A stretch of 64,000 nucleotides of DNA from an uncultured Gemmatimonadales bacterium. GTDB taxonomy: Bacteria; Gemmatimonadota; Gemmatimonadetes; Gemmatimonadales; GWC2-71-9. Within the stretch, counting starts at the first letter, position 1; every line of letters begins with the position of its first letter. The stretch is taken from NCBI GenBank assembly GCA_963748815.1, contig CAVVKJ010000019.1, positions 1-64,000 of the forward strand, written 5' to 3'. The translations under genes and the position numbers were made by a program. Below, one piece after another: positions 20,158-31,243 of this stretch. The notes under the pieces are model-generated. The model did not search any database, was not told the DNA's origin, and worked only from the letters and a program-made list of their open reading frames with translations.

Positions 20158-22829
20158 ACAGCCCTGCCCGCCTTACCACCGCCCTGGCCGACCGCTACCG
20201 CCTCGAGCGCGAGCTCGGCGAGGGCGGCATGGCCACGGTCTACCTGGCCGAGGACATCAAGCACGACCGCCAGGTCGCCATCAAGGTCCTGCGGCCGGAG
20301 CTCGCCGCCGTCATCGGCGCGGACCGGTTCCTCTCCGAGATCAAGACCACCGCCAACCTGCAGCATCCGCATATCCTGCCCCTCTTCGACAGCGGCGCGG
20401 CCGACGGTTTTCTCTATTACGTCATGCCCTACGTCGAGGGGGAAACGGTCCGTGATCGACTGAACCGGGAAAAGCAGCTCCCGGTGACGGACGCGGTGCA
20501 GATCGCCTGCGAAGTCGCCTCGGCGCTCGACTACGCCCACCGCCACAATGTCATCCACCGCGACATCAAGCCCGAAAATATCCTGCTGCATGATGGTCGC
20601 GCGCTGGTGGCCGACTTCGGCATCGCGCTCGCCGCCAGCAAGGCCGGCAGCACCCGGATGACCGAGACCGGCATGTCGCTCGGCACGCCGCACTACATGA
20701 GCCCCGAACAGGCCATGGGCGAGCGAGAGATTACCGCGCGAAGCGATGTGTACGCCCTCGGCTGCGTGCTCTACGAAATGCTGACCGGCGAGCCGCCGTT
20801 CACGGGGGCCACCGCCCAGGCCATCGTGGCGCGGGTGCTTACCGAGAGCCCCCGCCCGCTGCTCCCCCAGCGGCACACTATCCCGCCGCAGGTGGAGGCG
20901 GCGGTGCTGACGGCGCTGGAAAAACTGCCGGCCGACCGGTACACCTCGGCGGCCGAGTTTGCCGCTGCGCTGACCGACAGCGGGTATGTCGCAAGGACGA
21001 CGGCGTCGACCGCCACGAGCGAGCCAGCTGCGGGAACCTGGAAGCGGCGGTTCGCGGTCGCGGCTGGAATCGCCGCCATCGCGGTCGCCGCGGCTGCCTG
21101 GGGGTGGGTGCGCGCCCGCGTGAGTGTGGACGAGCTGACCACCTGGCAATACCTCACCCTCGGCGACAGTGTCCAGCTCACCACGCTCGCGCCGGGGCTG
21201 GCCCTCTCGCCGGATGGTAGTACACTGGTCGTGAAGGACGCCCGGCAGAACGGGCGGCTCTGGGTCAAGCGGCGCGGCGTCCTCGATCCGGTACCGATCC
21301 CGGGCACCGAGCGCGCCACCAACCCGGTGTTCTCTCCCGACGGCGAGTGGGTCCTCTACCTGGCCGACCGCGAGCTCCGCAAGGTGAACCTCGCCAACAG
21401 CGCATCCGTCACCCTGGCCGACTCGGTGTCCGTCTCGACTGGGTTTGGCGGGGCGACCTGGCTGGACGACGGGACCATCGTCTACGTGCCGCAGGATCTC
21501 AACCGGCTGATGCGGGTGAGCGCCAATGGTGGGACCCCCACCACGGTCATGGATAACTCCGGCCTGCAGGGGGTCGGGTTCGGCTACCCCACGGCCCTGC
21601 CGGGAAGTCGCGGCGTTTTGTTCGAGGGCTGCACCTCCGGATGCGTCACCATGAGCCTGCGGGTCCTCGATCTCCGCACCGGCCGGCAGAAGCTCCTGAT
21701 GAATGAAGCCACCCAAGGCTGGTACCTCCCGACGGGGCAGCTGCTCTATGCCCGCCGCGACGGCACGTTGCTGGCCGTCTCCTTCGACCTGGACCGGCTC
21801 GAAGTGACCGGCACCGGCGTGCCTGTCTTGCAGAATGTCTTCATCGTCTTCGGCGCACCGCAGCTGGCGTGGTCCGCCAGCGGCTCCCTGGTATATGCCT
21901 CGGGAGAGAGCCAGGGCGGAGAGAACACGTTCGTGCGCGTGGGGACGACCGGCGCCGCGACGACGATCGACTCCGGCTGGTCGGGGCAATTCACCTCGTT
22001 CGCCCTTTCCCCCAATGGACGCCAGCTCGCCGTCGGCTCCGGAACGGGGGTGGGCGCCCTCAATGTGTGGATCAAGCAGCTCGACCGCGGGCCCTTCACC
22101 CGAATCTCGTTCGGCGGTGCCGACCGGCGGCCGGTCTGGTCGCCCGATGGCCAGATGGTGGCCTTCGTGCGCGACACCCTGTCCACCAGCGTCGTGGTCG
22201 GGCGCTACGCCGACGGGCGTCGCCCCGATACCCTCCTGGTGCACATCGACCGGCAGGTGCAGGAGGTGGACTGGTCCCGGGACGGCAAGTGGCTCGTGGT
22301 CCGCACCGACAACGGGAGCACGGGCGCCGGCGACCTGGTGGGCGTCCGCACCAGCGGCGACACCACGCCGGTGCCAATGGTGGCGACCGGCTTCACGGAG
22401 CTCAACCCGGCCATCTCGCCGGACAGCCGGTGGCTGGCGTACGCCTCCAACGAGTCGGGCCAGAACGAGATCTTCGTGCGCCCGTTCCCCAACACCGGCG
22501 ACGGCCGGTGGCAGGTGTCCACCGGCGGCGGCTACCAACCGCGCTGGGCACCCGACGGAACGGCGCTCTACTTCATTGCGCCAGGGTCCGGACAGTTGAT
22601 GGCCGTGCCGGTGACGACCAGCCCGACCTTTGCCGCGGGCCAGACCCGAGCGCTCTTCAGTGTGTCGGGGTTCGCGATCGATGGATTTCATACCTCCTTC
22701 GAGCTCACGCCGGATGGTCGTCAGTTCCTCTTCACCGCCCCCCGGCAGCTCAACGCCACCGCCGCCCAGCCGGCGCTGGTTCGCTCGGACCACTGGTTCC
22801 GGGAGTTGGCCACCCGGGTAAGGCAGTAG
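20154..22829 (+). CDS. Ser/Thr protein kinase-TM-PD40 beta-propeller K5 (intact)
   Basis: ATGA overlap with K4; full kinase motifs; ISPDSRWLAYASNESGQNEIFVRPFP. Confidence 0.95.
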   Translation: MNSPARLTTALADRYRLERELGEGGMATVYLAEDIKHDRQVAIKVLRPELAAVIGADRFLSEIKTTANLQHPHILPLFDSGAADGFLYYVMPYVEGETVRDRLNREKQLPVTDAVQIACEVASALDYAHRHNVIHRDIKPENILLHDGRALVADFGIALAASKAGSTRMTETGMSLGTPHYMSPEQAMGEREITARSDVYALGCVLYEMLTGEPPFTGATAQAIVARVLTESPRPLLPQRHTIPPQVEAAVLTALEKLPADRYTSAAEFAAALTDSGYVARTTASTATSEPAAGTWKRRFAVAAGIAAIAVAAAAWGWVRARVSVDELTTWQYLTLGDSVQLTTLAPGLALSPDGSTLVVKDARQNGRLWVKRRGVLDPVPIPGTERATNPVFSPDGEWVLYLADRELRKVNLANSASVTLADSVSVSTGFGGATWLDDGTIVYVPQDLNRLMRVSANGGTPTTVMDNSGLQGVGFGYPTALPGSRGVLFEGCTSGCVTMSLRVLDLRTGRQKLLMNEATQGWYLPTGQLLYARRDGTLLAVSFDLDRLEVTGTGVPVLQNVFIVFGAPQLAWSASGSLVYASGESQGGENTFVRVGTTGAATTIDSGWSGQFTSFALSPNGRQLAVGSGTGVGALNVWIKQLDRGPFTRISFGGADRRPVWSPDGQMVAFVRDTLSTSVVVGRYADGRRPDTLLVHIDRQVQEVDWSRDGKWLVVRTDNGSTGAGDLVGVRTSGDTTPVPMVATGFTELNPAISPDSRWLAYASNESGQNEIFVRPFPNTGDGRWQVSTGGGYQPRWAPDGTALYFIAPGSGQLMAVPVTTSPTFAAGQTRALFSVSGFAIDGFHTSFELTPDGRQFLFTAPRQLNATAAQPALVRSDHWFRELATRVRQ

Positions 22830-22843
22830 GGCGAGCGACCCAC

Positions 22844-23917
22844 CTACTTCAATCCCGCCAGGATCCCGTTGATTCGCGCCTTCTGCACCGGATCGGTCGT
22901 CATCGCCAGCGCCTTTTCGTAGTTCGCCACCGCCTTCTTCTTGTCCCCCAGCGTGGCGTACATCTCCCCCAGGCTGTCCCAGGTGTTCCAGCTGTCGGGA
23001 TGCTCCTTGGTGTTGCGGAGGAAGATGGCGAGCGCCTCGCTGTTCTTCTTCTGGCTCACCAGCAGGTACCCGTAGGCATTCAGCTCCGCCTCGTTCGCCG
23101 AGGCAAGCGAGGCCTGACGCAGCGAGTCCGCCTGGGCGGTCTTGCCCTGCCGGTCGAGCACCCGTGCCTTCACGCTGTAGCTCGCGAAGGTGGGCGCCAG
23201 CAGGATGGCCGAGTCGGCCCAGACATTGGGGAGGTCGAGGTTCTGGGTGTTCGTCAGGGCCCAGTTGGCGGCCTGCTGCCAGGCCGGCGCCCAGAAGCGG
23301 GGGAGGTCGCGCAGCTGGCTCTTGAGGCTGTCCAGCACCACCACGCCGGTGTTGACTCCCACCGGGAAACTCACCGCGAGCTTTTCCCAGCGCATCGTGA
23401 GGGTGACGGCGGTGTTGGTCGGGTCGTCGAAGTTGTACTGCAGCCGCTCGGTGAACTCGGCGGCCTTCGGAGTCACCACCAACCGTACCGCGTCCTCCCG
23501 CTGGTCATAGCTGAACGCTCCCCACGCGTTGGACTGCCGGCTGAGGATGATCGTCCAGGTGGTCCGGGTCGGAATCATGAAGACGCCGTACCGGCCGGCG
23601 GGGAGCGCTGTACCCCCGATCGTGAAGGGCGACGTTGCCACCAGCAGCGTGTTCTCGTTGGCCCCCGCCCGCCAGACCGAATCCCACGGCACCAGCCCGC
23701 CCCACACCTCTCGTCCGTTCACCCCCGGTCGATGGTAGTCAATCGAGAAGGTGGTCATACCGACCACCTGGCTCACGTTCGCGTGCGGGCTGGGCCACGG
23801 CAGATCAAGCCGGTAGTTCTGGGCCGTGAGGAGGGAGGGGGTCGTGAGGGAGAGGGATACCAGGGCGAGCGACCACAGCAGGCGTGACCGCAGCGGCATG
23901 CCGACAGAACGGGACAT
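22844..23917 (-). CDS. DUF2911 plus TPR protein, secreted
   Basis: PSPHANVSQVVG...IDYHRPGVNGREVWGGLVP...VWRAGANE; C-terminal TPR NTWDSLGEMY...YEKAL. Confidence 0.88.
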   Translation of the reverse strand: MSRSVGMPLRSRLLWSLALVSLSLTTPSLLTAQNYRLDLPWPSPHANVSQVVGMTTFSIDYHRPGVNGREVWGGLVPWDSVWRAGANENTLLVATSPFTIGGTALPAGRYGVFMIPTRTTWTIILSRQSNAWGAFSYDQREDAVRLVVTPKAAEFTERLQYNFDDPTNTAVTLTMRWEKLAVSFPVGVNTGVVVLDSLKSQLRDLPRFWAPAWQQAANWALTNTQNLDLPNVWADSAILLAPTFASYSVKARVLDRQGKTAQADSLRQASLASANEAELNAYGYLLVSQKKNSEALAIFLRNTKEHPDSWNTWDSLGEMYATLGDKKKAVANYEKALAMTTDPVQKARINGILAGLK

Positions 23918-24080
23918 CGATAACTCCAGAGTCGAGGGGATCATCCCACTACGAAACCACCATAGAAAGAGTTCCTTCACTGTCACAACTCTCGACTGTT
24001 CAGATAGATGACGCTTTCATGGGTAAGGCCTCGTCCTTGCGGCGCTTTCCACAACTACCCCGTACGCCAAGGAGTGTCGT

Positions 24081-25991
24081 GTGGCCCGAATCCGCAACGT
24101 GGAGTGGGACACCAGGATCAAGCTCATCGCCACCATCCTTTCGGCTGGCGCCGCCCTCGTCTCCATCCTCTCGTTCGTGGCAGGACGCCGCAGCGCCAAC
24201 GACGGCGTCCCGGCCGCCGGGCTGGACGCCGTGGCGGTCACCCGGATCGCCCTTTCCCCCACCGCCGATACCGCCTGGTCGCTGGGCGACACCCTGCATT
24301 TCACCACCGTCGCGGCCGATGCCCACGGACAAGTCTTGCATGCAGCATCTGTCCACTGGACTGTGGACAATCCCACGATTGCCCACATCGACAGCGCCGG
24401 TCAGGTCGTGGCGCTTGCCCCGGGCGAGACCTTTGTGACGGTCGCGATCGGCGGCCGGGCCGGGCGGGCCAGGGTGGTCGTGCACCCGAAACTCACCGTG
24501 CTCGCCATCGTGAGCGACACCGTGCTATCGATCTCCGAGGGGACGACCCTCGAACTCCGCGTCATGGGCAGTGATGCCCGCGGCCACTGGCAGCGGCCGG
24601 TGGGCGTAGCCTGGAGCGGGGGAGACGCCGACGTGGCGACCATCGACACCCTTGGCATGCTGCGGGCGGTGGCGCCGGGCCGAACGACCATCGCGGCGGC
24701 GGCGGTGGGACTCGCCGCGGAACGCCAGGTGCTGGTGACGCCGGTGCCGACGTCGCTGACGCTCACGGCAGGGGCCGCGCAGCGGGCCGCCATCGGGCAG
24801 CGACTGCCGAGCGCCGTGGCCGTGCAGGTGGTGTCCCGGAGCGGGCGTCCGGTTCCGGGCGTCGACGTGCGATTCGACCCGTCCGAAGCGATGGGCGAGG
24901 CGGAGCCGACCCTCGCCACCACCGATAGCCTGGGCGTGGCCACCACCCGCTGGCGGCTCGGGCCGACACCGGGGCGTCAGCGTCTGGCGGTGGAGGTGTG
25001 GGGCATCGACAGCGCGCTGATGGTGACGGCCGAGGCGGATCCGATGCCGGGCAACACCAGGATCGCGATGCAGTCGGACAGCCTCGTGGCCGAGGCCGGG
25101 ATGGCGCTGGCCACTCCGGTGATGATCCAGGTCACCGACAGCACCGGGGTAGTGCTGGCCGATGTGCCGGTGGCGTGGATTGCCCTCGATGGAGGGACGT
25201 TCTCGCAGTCGAGCGCGCGCACCGACAGCATGGGCGTGGCGCAGGCCCACTGGCGCGTGGGGACGAGGGCGGGGGTCCAGCGGGCGCGGATACAGATCGG
25301 GAATCCGCGGAGCATGCCACCGTTCGACGTGACCGCGCGAGTCACCCCGGGCCCCGTGTCCTCTGTTCGGCTTGTCAGTGGCGACGAGCAGCGCGGCGTG
25401 GTCAGCCTCACGCTCGCCAAGCCGATCGTGGTGCGCGCGCTGGACAGCCTCGGCAACGGCGTCGGGGGGGTGCCGATCCGCCTCGCGTCACACAGCGGTG
25501 AGATCGATTCGACGGTGACGACCGACAGCAGCGGCCGCGCAAGCGCCCGCTGGACGCTCGGCACGATGGCGGGCGAAGTGCGGGTCGTGGCGCGTATCGA
25601 GGGAGCCGGCGACAGCGCGGTGGCCACCGCCACCGCCCGGCCCGGAAGGGCCCGGGTCATTGAATTCGTGACGGCGCCCGCCAGCGGTACGGCGGGCAAG
25701 GCGCTGCCGAAGTCGGTGCGGGTGGTGGTGCGGGACCAGTTCGGCAACCCGGTGCCGAAGGCGACGGTGCGGTTCACCGTGTCGGGGGGCAGCACGTCGC
25801 CACGGTCGGGCGTCAGCGACGCGTCGGGAGCGGTCTGGACGCAGTGGACGCTGGGCACGACGGCGGGAAACCAGGTAATGACGGCGTCGATCACGTCGCC
25901 AGCGGTGAAGGCGACCCACACCGTGAAGGCGGCGCCACCTCCGGCGCCCAAGGCCCCCACCTCAACGAAGCGCCGCACCACAAAGAAATAG
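24081..25991 (+). CDS. Membrane-anchored Ig-like (Big_1/Big_2) repeat protein
   Basis: N-terminal TM; WTVDNPTIAHIDSAG, WSGGDADVATID; repeated TTDSxGxAxxxWxLG; VRDQFGNPV. Confidence 0.8.
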   Translation: MARIRNVEWDTRIKLIATILSAGAALVSILSFVAGRRSANDGVPAAGLDAVAVTRIALSPTADTAWSLGDTLHFTTVAADAHGQVLHAASVHWTVDNPTIAHIDSAGQVVALAPGETFVTVAIGGRAGRARVVVHPKLTVLAIVSDTVLSISEGTTLELRVMGSDARGHWQRPVGVAWSGGDADVATIDTLGMLRAVAPGRTTIAAAAVGLAAERQVLVTPVPTSLTLTAGAAQRAAIGQRLPSAVAVQVVSRSGRPVPGVDVRFDPSEAMGEAEPTLATTDSLGVATTRWRLGPTPGRQRLAVEVWGIDSALMVTAEADPMPGNTRIAMQSDSLVAEAGMALATPVMIQVTDSTGVVLADVPVAWIALDGGTFSQSSARTDSMGVAQAHWRVGTRAGVQRARIQIGNPRSMPPFDVTARVTPGPVSSVRLVSGDEQRGVVSLTLAKPIVVRALDSLGNGVGGVPIRLASHSGEIDSTVTTDSSGRASARWTLGTMAGEVRVVARIEGAGDSAVATATARPGRARVIEFVTAPASGTAGKALPKSVRVVVRDQFGNPVPKATVRFTVSGGSTSPRSGVSDASGAVWTQWTLGTTAGNQVMTASITSPAVKATHTVKAAPPPAPKAPTSTKRRTTKK

Positions 25992-26029
25992 CGGGGCAGT
26001 TGACCTGCCCCGCTGCCCCCCTGCCCCGC

Positions 26030-29003
26030 CTAACTCCCCTTCACCATCTTCTCAAACCGCGGATTCCCCCGCAGCGGATTGAAGGTCGGATCGATGTTCA
26101 GCCAGGCCGGCGTGATGATAGTATGGCCTCTGGAGCAGCTGCCTCGATCACGTCGAGCGCCTTTTCCTGCTCTCCCGACGCGCCAGGTAGGTGCGGATCA
26201 GCAGGATCATGTTGTAGCTGGTGTTGCTTCTGCCCGCTCGCTTCACCTGCGACGGCGCGTTCGGCAGTAGCGAGCGCGTCGGCCTTCCGGCCGACGTAGG
26301 CGAGCATCAGGCCGTAGAGTCCCAGCGTCTGCCCGTCGTTCGGGCGACGCCTGCCAGCTGCGCCTCGGTGGCGGGCAGCGCCGAGTCGGCGTACACCCGG
26401 GCCATGTGCCAGGTCGCCCTGTTCCGCGTGCGCGATCGCGAGCGTCTGTCCCCACCACGCGCGGTCGTTGTCGAAGGCGGCCGGAGTCAGGCGGAAGAGC
26501 AGGTCGCGCTCGGCTGGTTCGAGCGCCCAGGACAGCTCGTAGTATCCACCGAAGATGGCGGCCACCTGCGGGGCCGGTTCCCGCGGTCAATCGCGACGCG
26601 AATCACCTCCCGCGCCCCCTTGAGGTCGCCCTGCGCCAGGTACACGATCGCCTGCCACTCGATCAGGTTGAGGTCGTCCGGCGCCAGCAGGACATGGCGG
26701 CCTGGCTCCGGCGTCGATCGCCTCGCGGAATCGCCGCTGGAAGAGGTACACCTGCTGCAGGGAGCCAAGGCGTGGAGCTCGATCGGGGGTCGAGTTCCCG
26801 TGCCCGCTCAAGCTTCGCCGTGGCCGCGTCATGCGTCCCGTGCTGAGGTCGGCCCGGCGGCCATGGCCAAGGACCTCGGCGTCGTTCGGCGCCAGCTGCG
26901 AGCGCCCGGTATGACCGTGGCGGCCGCCCGCCGGATCCGGCTCCACGATGCCCGTAGTACGTAGCCGCCGCCAGGTAGCCCGCGGGAGGTCGGGGTTGAT
27001 CGCGATCGCCCGCTCCATGGCGCCTGCGCACGGGCGCTCGCGGACGCGGATCCCGACTGCCGTTGAAGTACACCCGGCTGAGCGCGAGCGAGAGCGCGGC
27101 CCAGGCGTCCACGAAGGTGGAGTCGAGCGCCACCGCCTGCTCGAAGTAGCCGGCGGCTGTCCGCATCGTGCCCACGTCCGAGCTGGTGAGCGCCTTGCCC
27201 TTCAGGTAGAGGTCGTAGGCCGCCACGTTTGCGTGGGACGCTCCGCCAGTTCCCGCTGCTTCCTGCGCGCCAAGTTGGGCGCCCAGCGCGCCCGCCACAC
27301 GCGACGCGATCTGCGACTGGACTTCGAACACGTCGGTCACGTCGGTGTCGAAGCTCTGCTGCCAGGTCGTGGCGCCCGTCTGCGACCGTCCACCAGCTCC
27401 GGCACCACCTGCACCCGGCGCGCGCCACCCACCCCGACGGCCCAGCGCACCTTGCCGACCAGGAGATAGTCGGCCCCGAGTTCCCTCGCGATTTCCTGCG
27501 GCGATCTTGGCGCTGCCGCGGTACTGGCTGGCGCTGCTCGACGCGATGACGGTGATGCCGTTGACCCGGGCCAGCTTGCCGCGCACCTCGTCGGCGATGC
27601 CGTCGGCAAAATAGGCATCCTCGGCGGGGCCCTGATTCTCGAAGGGGAGGATGGCCAGGTGATTGCCACCGCGCGCGCCGCGGCACCGCTCCGCCGCCCG
27701 GTCCCGACAACGCCAGTGCGGTCGCGATGCCGGCCCACAGGAGGAGTGCGGCCACCCCGCCGATGGTGGCGAACCGCCAGGTAAACCATCGCCCGAGCGG
27801 ATGGCGTGACCGAGCCTCGACCGGCGCCGCGCCTCCACCTTGCCGGTGATCATCAGGACCATCGCGCCGATCCAGAGCAGCCCGAGCGCCAGCCCGAAGG
27901 TCCAGCTGCGGCAGGTTCCACTGCCGAATCAGCGCGCTCACCAATGCCAGCATCCCCATGCAGCCGAGCGCGAAGAGTCCCCAGACCTGCAGCGGTGCGG
28001 GGCCGGCGGACACCGGGACCTCGCTCGTGCCGCTCCGCGATCCTTCGATAGCGCGGTCCAGCGCGGCGACCATCTCCCCGGCGTTGGCGTACCGGTCGGA
28101 AGGGCTCTTGGCCAGCGCCTTCATCACGGAGCTGTTCACCCCGGCCGGCAGCCCCGCCCGCGACGTGGTAAGCGAGCGCGGCTCCTCGGTCAGGCTGCGG
28201 GTGATGATGGCCCGCGCCGTGGGGCCGGTGAAGGGCGGCTCGCCGGCCATCATCTCGTACATCACCGCGCCCAGCGCGTAGATGTCCGCCCGGCCGTCCA
28301 CCTCGCGCTCGCCGGTGGCCTGCTCCGGCGCCATGTACTGCGGCGTGCCGACCGCGAGCCCGGTCTTGGTGAGGACCTCCCCTTCGTCACCCAGCGCGCG
28401 TGCAATCCCGAAGTCCGCCACCAGCGCATGCCCCGACTGGAGCAGGATGTTCCCCGGCTTGATGTCGCGGTGGATGATGCCGCGGGTGTGTGCGTAGGCC
28501 AGCGCTTCGGCCACCTCGCGCCCCAACCGCATCGTCTCGCTGATCGAAAGCTGCCCCTGCTTGGCGACATACTCCTTCAGCGTCTCCCCTTCCACATACG
28601 GCATCACGTAGTACAGGATGCCATCAGCCTCCCCGGAGTCGTGCATGGGGAGGATGTGGGGGTGATTGAGCTGCGCCGCCACCTGCACCTCGCGCAGAAA
28701 GCGATCGGCGCCGAGGGTGGCGGCCAGTTCCGGTCGCATCACCTTGACCGCCACCTTGCGGTTGTGCTTCTGGTCGTGCGCCAGGTACACCGTGGCCATG
28801 CCCCCCTCTCCGAGGACACGCTCGATCTGGTAGCGGCCGGCGAGCGCCTTCTTCACCTGGGCCACTTCGACCATTCCGGTGGCGGCGGTGCGCGATGGCA
28901 CTCCCGGATCGGTAGGAGTGGCAACGCCGCAACGGAGGCAAAATTGTGCCTCTTCAGGCAGTGGTGTCTGGCAGGCGGGACAGGCGCGGGCAGCGGTGGT
29001 CAT
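26030..29003 (-). CDS. Zn-ribbon Ser/Thr kinase with TM segments, TolB_N-like domain and TPRs, K6 (frameshifted)
   Basis: CPAC...[34 protein letters not shown]...[22 protein letters not shown]; ends [11 protein letters not shown] at 26030. Confidence 0.85.
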
Positions 29004-29175
29004 CGGTGCTCGGGAACGGGAAGGCGACCGCACATATATAGATGGGGGAGCCGGTAGAACTTCGCGCCAAACTGGAGCGGGCGCAAGATGCAGGGAGAGA
29101 CCAGCTTGCCCTCGTTCCGGTGGCGCCCGGGCCGGGCGGACCGTACCTTCAACGCCTCCGTTACCACGAGCCGCC

Positions 29176-30474
29176 ATGTCCGGTCGAACCACATCCCTCC
29201 TGCTCACCCTGGCACTTGCCGGGGCCCCGATTCTGGTCGCGCAGGGGCTCCCCTCCGGTCAGGCGTCGCGGCTCGGGTTCGATCCGGCACGTCTCGCCCG
29301 GATCGACACCCTCTTCCAGTCTTATGTGGACGCCGGTCGAACACCGGGGGTCGTCGCCATCATCGCGCGGCGGGGACAGGTCGTGTGGAGCGGCGCCTTC
29401 GGGATGGCCAATCGCGAGGCCGGGCGGCCGATGACGCCGGACGCGCTCTTCCGGATCGCCTCCCAAACCAAGGCCGTGACGAGTGTCGCGGCGATGATTC
29501 TGATCGAGGAGGGACGGCTTCGGCTGAGCGAGCCGGTGTCCAAGTACATCCCGGGCTTTGTGGGTGCCCGCGTGGCCGTGGCCACCGATACCGGTCGCGC
29601 GTTGGTCGCCATCCACCGTGCGATCACCATCCGCCAGCTCCTGACCCAGACCGCCGGCCTCTCCTATGGCACCGACTCGCTCCTTCGCGACGACTATCGC
29701 GCCGCCGGACTCGGTCCCGCCGCTGGCTACGGCTGGTACCTGGCCGACAAGCCGGAGCCGATCTGCGCCACGATGGACCGACTGAGCACCCTGCCCCTGG
29801 CAGCCCAGCCGGGCGAGGTGTGGATCTATGGCTATGCCACCGACGTCCTGGGATGCGTCGTGGAGCGGGCCGCGGGAATGCCACTCGATCAGTTCTTCCG
29901 GAAACGGATCCTCGCGCCGCTCGAGATGCGCGATACCTGGTTCTTCCCGCCGGCCTCCGTCCGTGATCGGATGACCACCGTCTACTCCGTCACCCCCGAG
30001 GGCACACTGGTGCGCGCGCCGGACGGGGCGATGGGTCAGGGCGACTACATCGACGGGCCCCGGCAGGATTTTTCCGGTGGCGCCGGGCTGGTGTCCACGG
30101 CGGGGGACTACGCGCGGTTTCTGCAGATGCTGCTCAACGGCGGCCAACTCGACGGGGCGCGCATTCTCTCCCCTGCCACGGTGTCCCTGATGAGCGTCGA
30201 TCAAGTGGATTCGCTGTACCCGGTCCGCGGCAGTGGCTTCGGACTCGGCTTCCAGGTCCTCGAGGACCCCGGCCTGGCGGGCGAGTACGGCTCGGTAGGC
30301 CGTTTCGGATGGGGAGGAGCCTACGCGACCAACTATTGGGTGGACCCCGCCGAGGAACTGGTGGTGGTGTTGATGCAGCAACTTCTGCCGGCGCGCGGAT
30401 TGGACCTGACGGATAAGTTTCGGACGATGGTCTACGCCGCGCTCATTTCGTCCCCACGCAGCCAAGGACAGTGA
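29176..30474 (+). CDS. Serine hydrolase, beta-lactamase/AmpC-like family, secreted
   Basis: FRIASQTK (SxxK), [18 protein letters not shown]. Confidence 0.92.
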   Translation: MSGRTTSLLLTLALAGAPILVAQGLPSGQASRLGFDPARLARIDTLFQSYVDAGRTPGVVAIIARRGQVVWSGAFGMANREAGRPMTPDALFRIASQTKAVTSVAAMILIEEGRLRLSEPVSKYIPGFVGARVAVATDTGRALVAIHRAITIRQLLTQTAGLSYGTDSLLRDDYRAAGLGPAAGYGWYLADKPEPICATMDRLSTLPLAAQPGEVWIYGYATDVLGCVVERAAGMPLDQFFRKRILAPLEMRDTWFFPPASVRDRMTTVYSVTPEGTLVRAPDGAMGQGDYIDGPRQDFSGGAGLVSTAGDYARFLQMLLNGGQLDGARILSPATVSLMSVDQVDSLYPVRGSGFGLGFQVLEDPGLAGEYGSVGRFGWGGAYATNYWVDPAEELVVVLMQQLLPARGLDLTDKFRTMVYAALISSPRSQGQ

Positions 30475-31061
30475 TCATGCGCCTCGTTCGATTCGCCCCT
30501 GCGTTCGTCCTCCTCACCCTCGTGGCCGTGCCGCTCACCGCCCAGGACCGGACCGTCGCCTGGCAGGTCGCCGCCGCAGTCCTCCCCCTCCCCGACAGCA
30601 TGCGGGCCGGCGCCGAGGTCCTCGGCTACAAGACCGCCGGCGGGCCGCTGGTGCAGATCCGGGCCGGCACCAACGAGATGATCTGCCTGACCGACGATCC
30701 GGCCAACGAGGGCTACGCCGCTCACTGCTACCACAAGTCGCTGGCGGCGTTCATGTCGCGGGGCCGCGAACTCCGCGCCGCCGGCGTCACGAAGCGCTCG
30801 GCGGTCGATTCCGCCCGGCTCGCCGAAATCAACGCCGGGACCCTCAAGATGCCGGCCGGCGGCGCCGCACTCTATTCACTCTATGCCGACAGCCTCAACT
30901 TCGACCCGATGGCTGGGCGGCCGAAGAACTCAAGCAAGCTGCTCTCGTTCTACCTCCCCTACGCCACGCAGGAATCGACCGGCATCTCGGCGGTGCCGCT
31001 CAATGACCAGCCGTGGCTGATGTACCCCGGCAAGCCGTGGGCGCACTTGATGATTCAGTAG
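30471..31061 (+). CDS. Secreted hypothetical protein
   Basis: Signal peptide; overlaps upstream stop; [16 protein letters not shown]-terminus. Confidence 0.75.
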   Translation: MIMRLVRFAPAFVLLTLVAVPLTAQDRTVAWQVAAAVLPLPDSMRAGAEVLGYKTAGGPLVQIRAGTNEMICLTDDPANEGYAAHCYHKSLAAFMSRGRELRAAGVTKRSAVDSARLAEINAGTLKMPAGGAALYSLYADSLNFDPMAGRPKNSSKLLSFYLPYATQESTGISAVPLNDQPWLMYPGKPWAHLMIQ

Positions 31062-31063
31062 GA

Positions 31064-31139
31064 GGGGAAGCGGGGAAGCGGGGAAGCGGGGAAGCGGGGA
31101 AGCGGGGAAGCGGGGAAGCGGGGAAGCGGGGAAGCGGGG
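31064..31139 (+). repeat. Perfect tandem octamer (GGGGAAGC)x9
   Basis: Nine exact units 31064-31135 plus GGGG, starting 3 bp after a stop codon. Confidence 0.97.
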
Positions 31140-31243
31140 CCGAAGTTGCGAAACGCGTGATGGGCTGTCAAGCGCCTCTCTCACGGAATCGATCAACCGG
31201 GACGATCCGATCATCCGGCACGAAGTGTTGGGTTCGCTTGAAT

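Noticed and set aside
20058..22793. Long antisense ORFs (also 6565-8451, 39415-41826, 47009-48535)
   Set aside because: Shadow frames of well-supported genes in high-GC DNA, with no motifs.
1..22829. Diversity-generating retroelement acting on the propellers
   Set aside because: No reverse transcriptase and no template/variable repeat pair with adenine-specific mismatches was seen.
29176..30474. Bona fide antibiotic-resistance beta-lactamase
   Set aside because: Motifs fit the broad esterase/serine hydrolase family; activity cannot be assigned from sequence.
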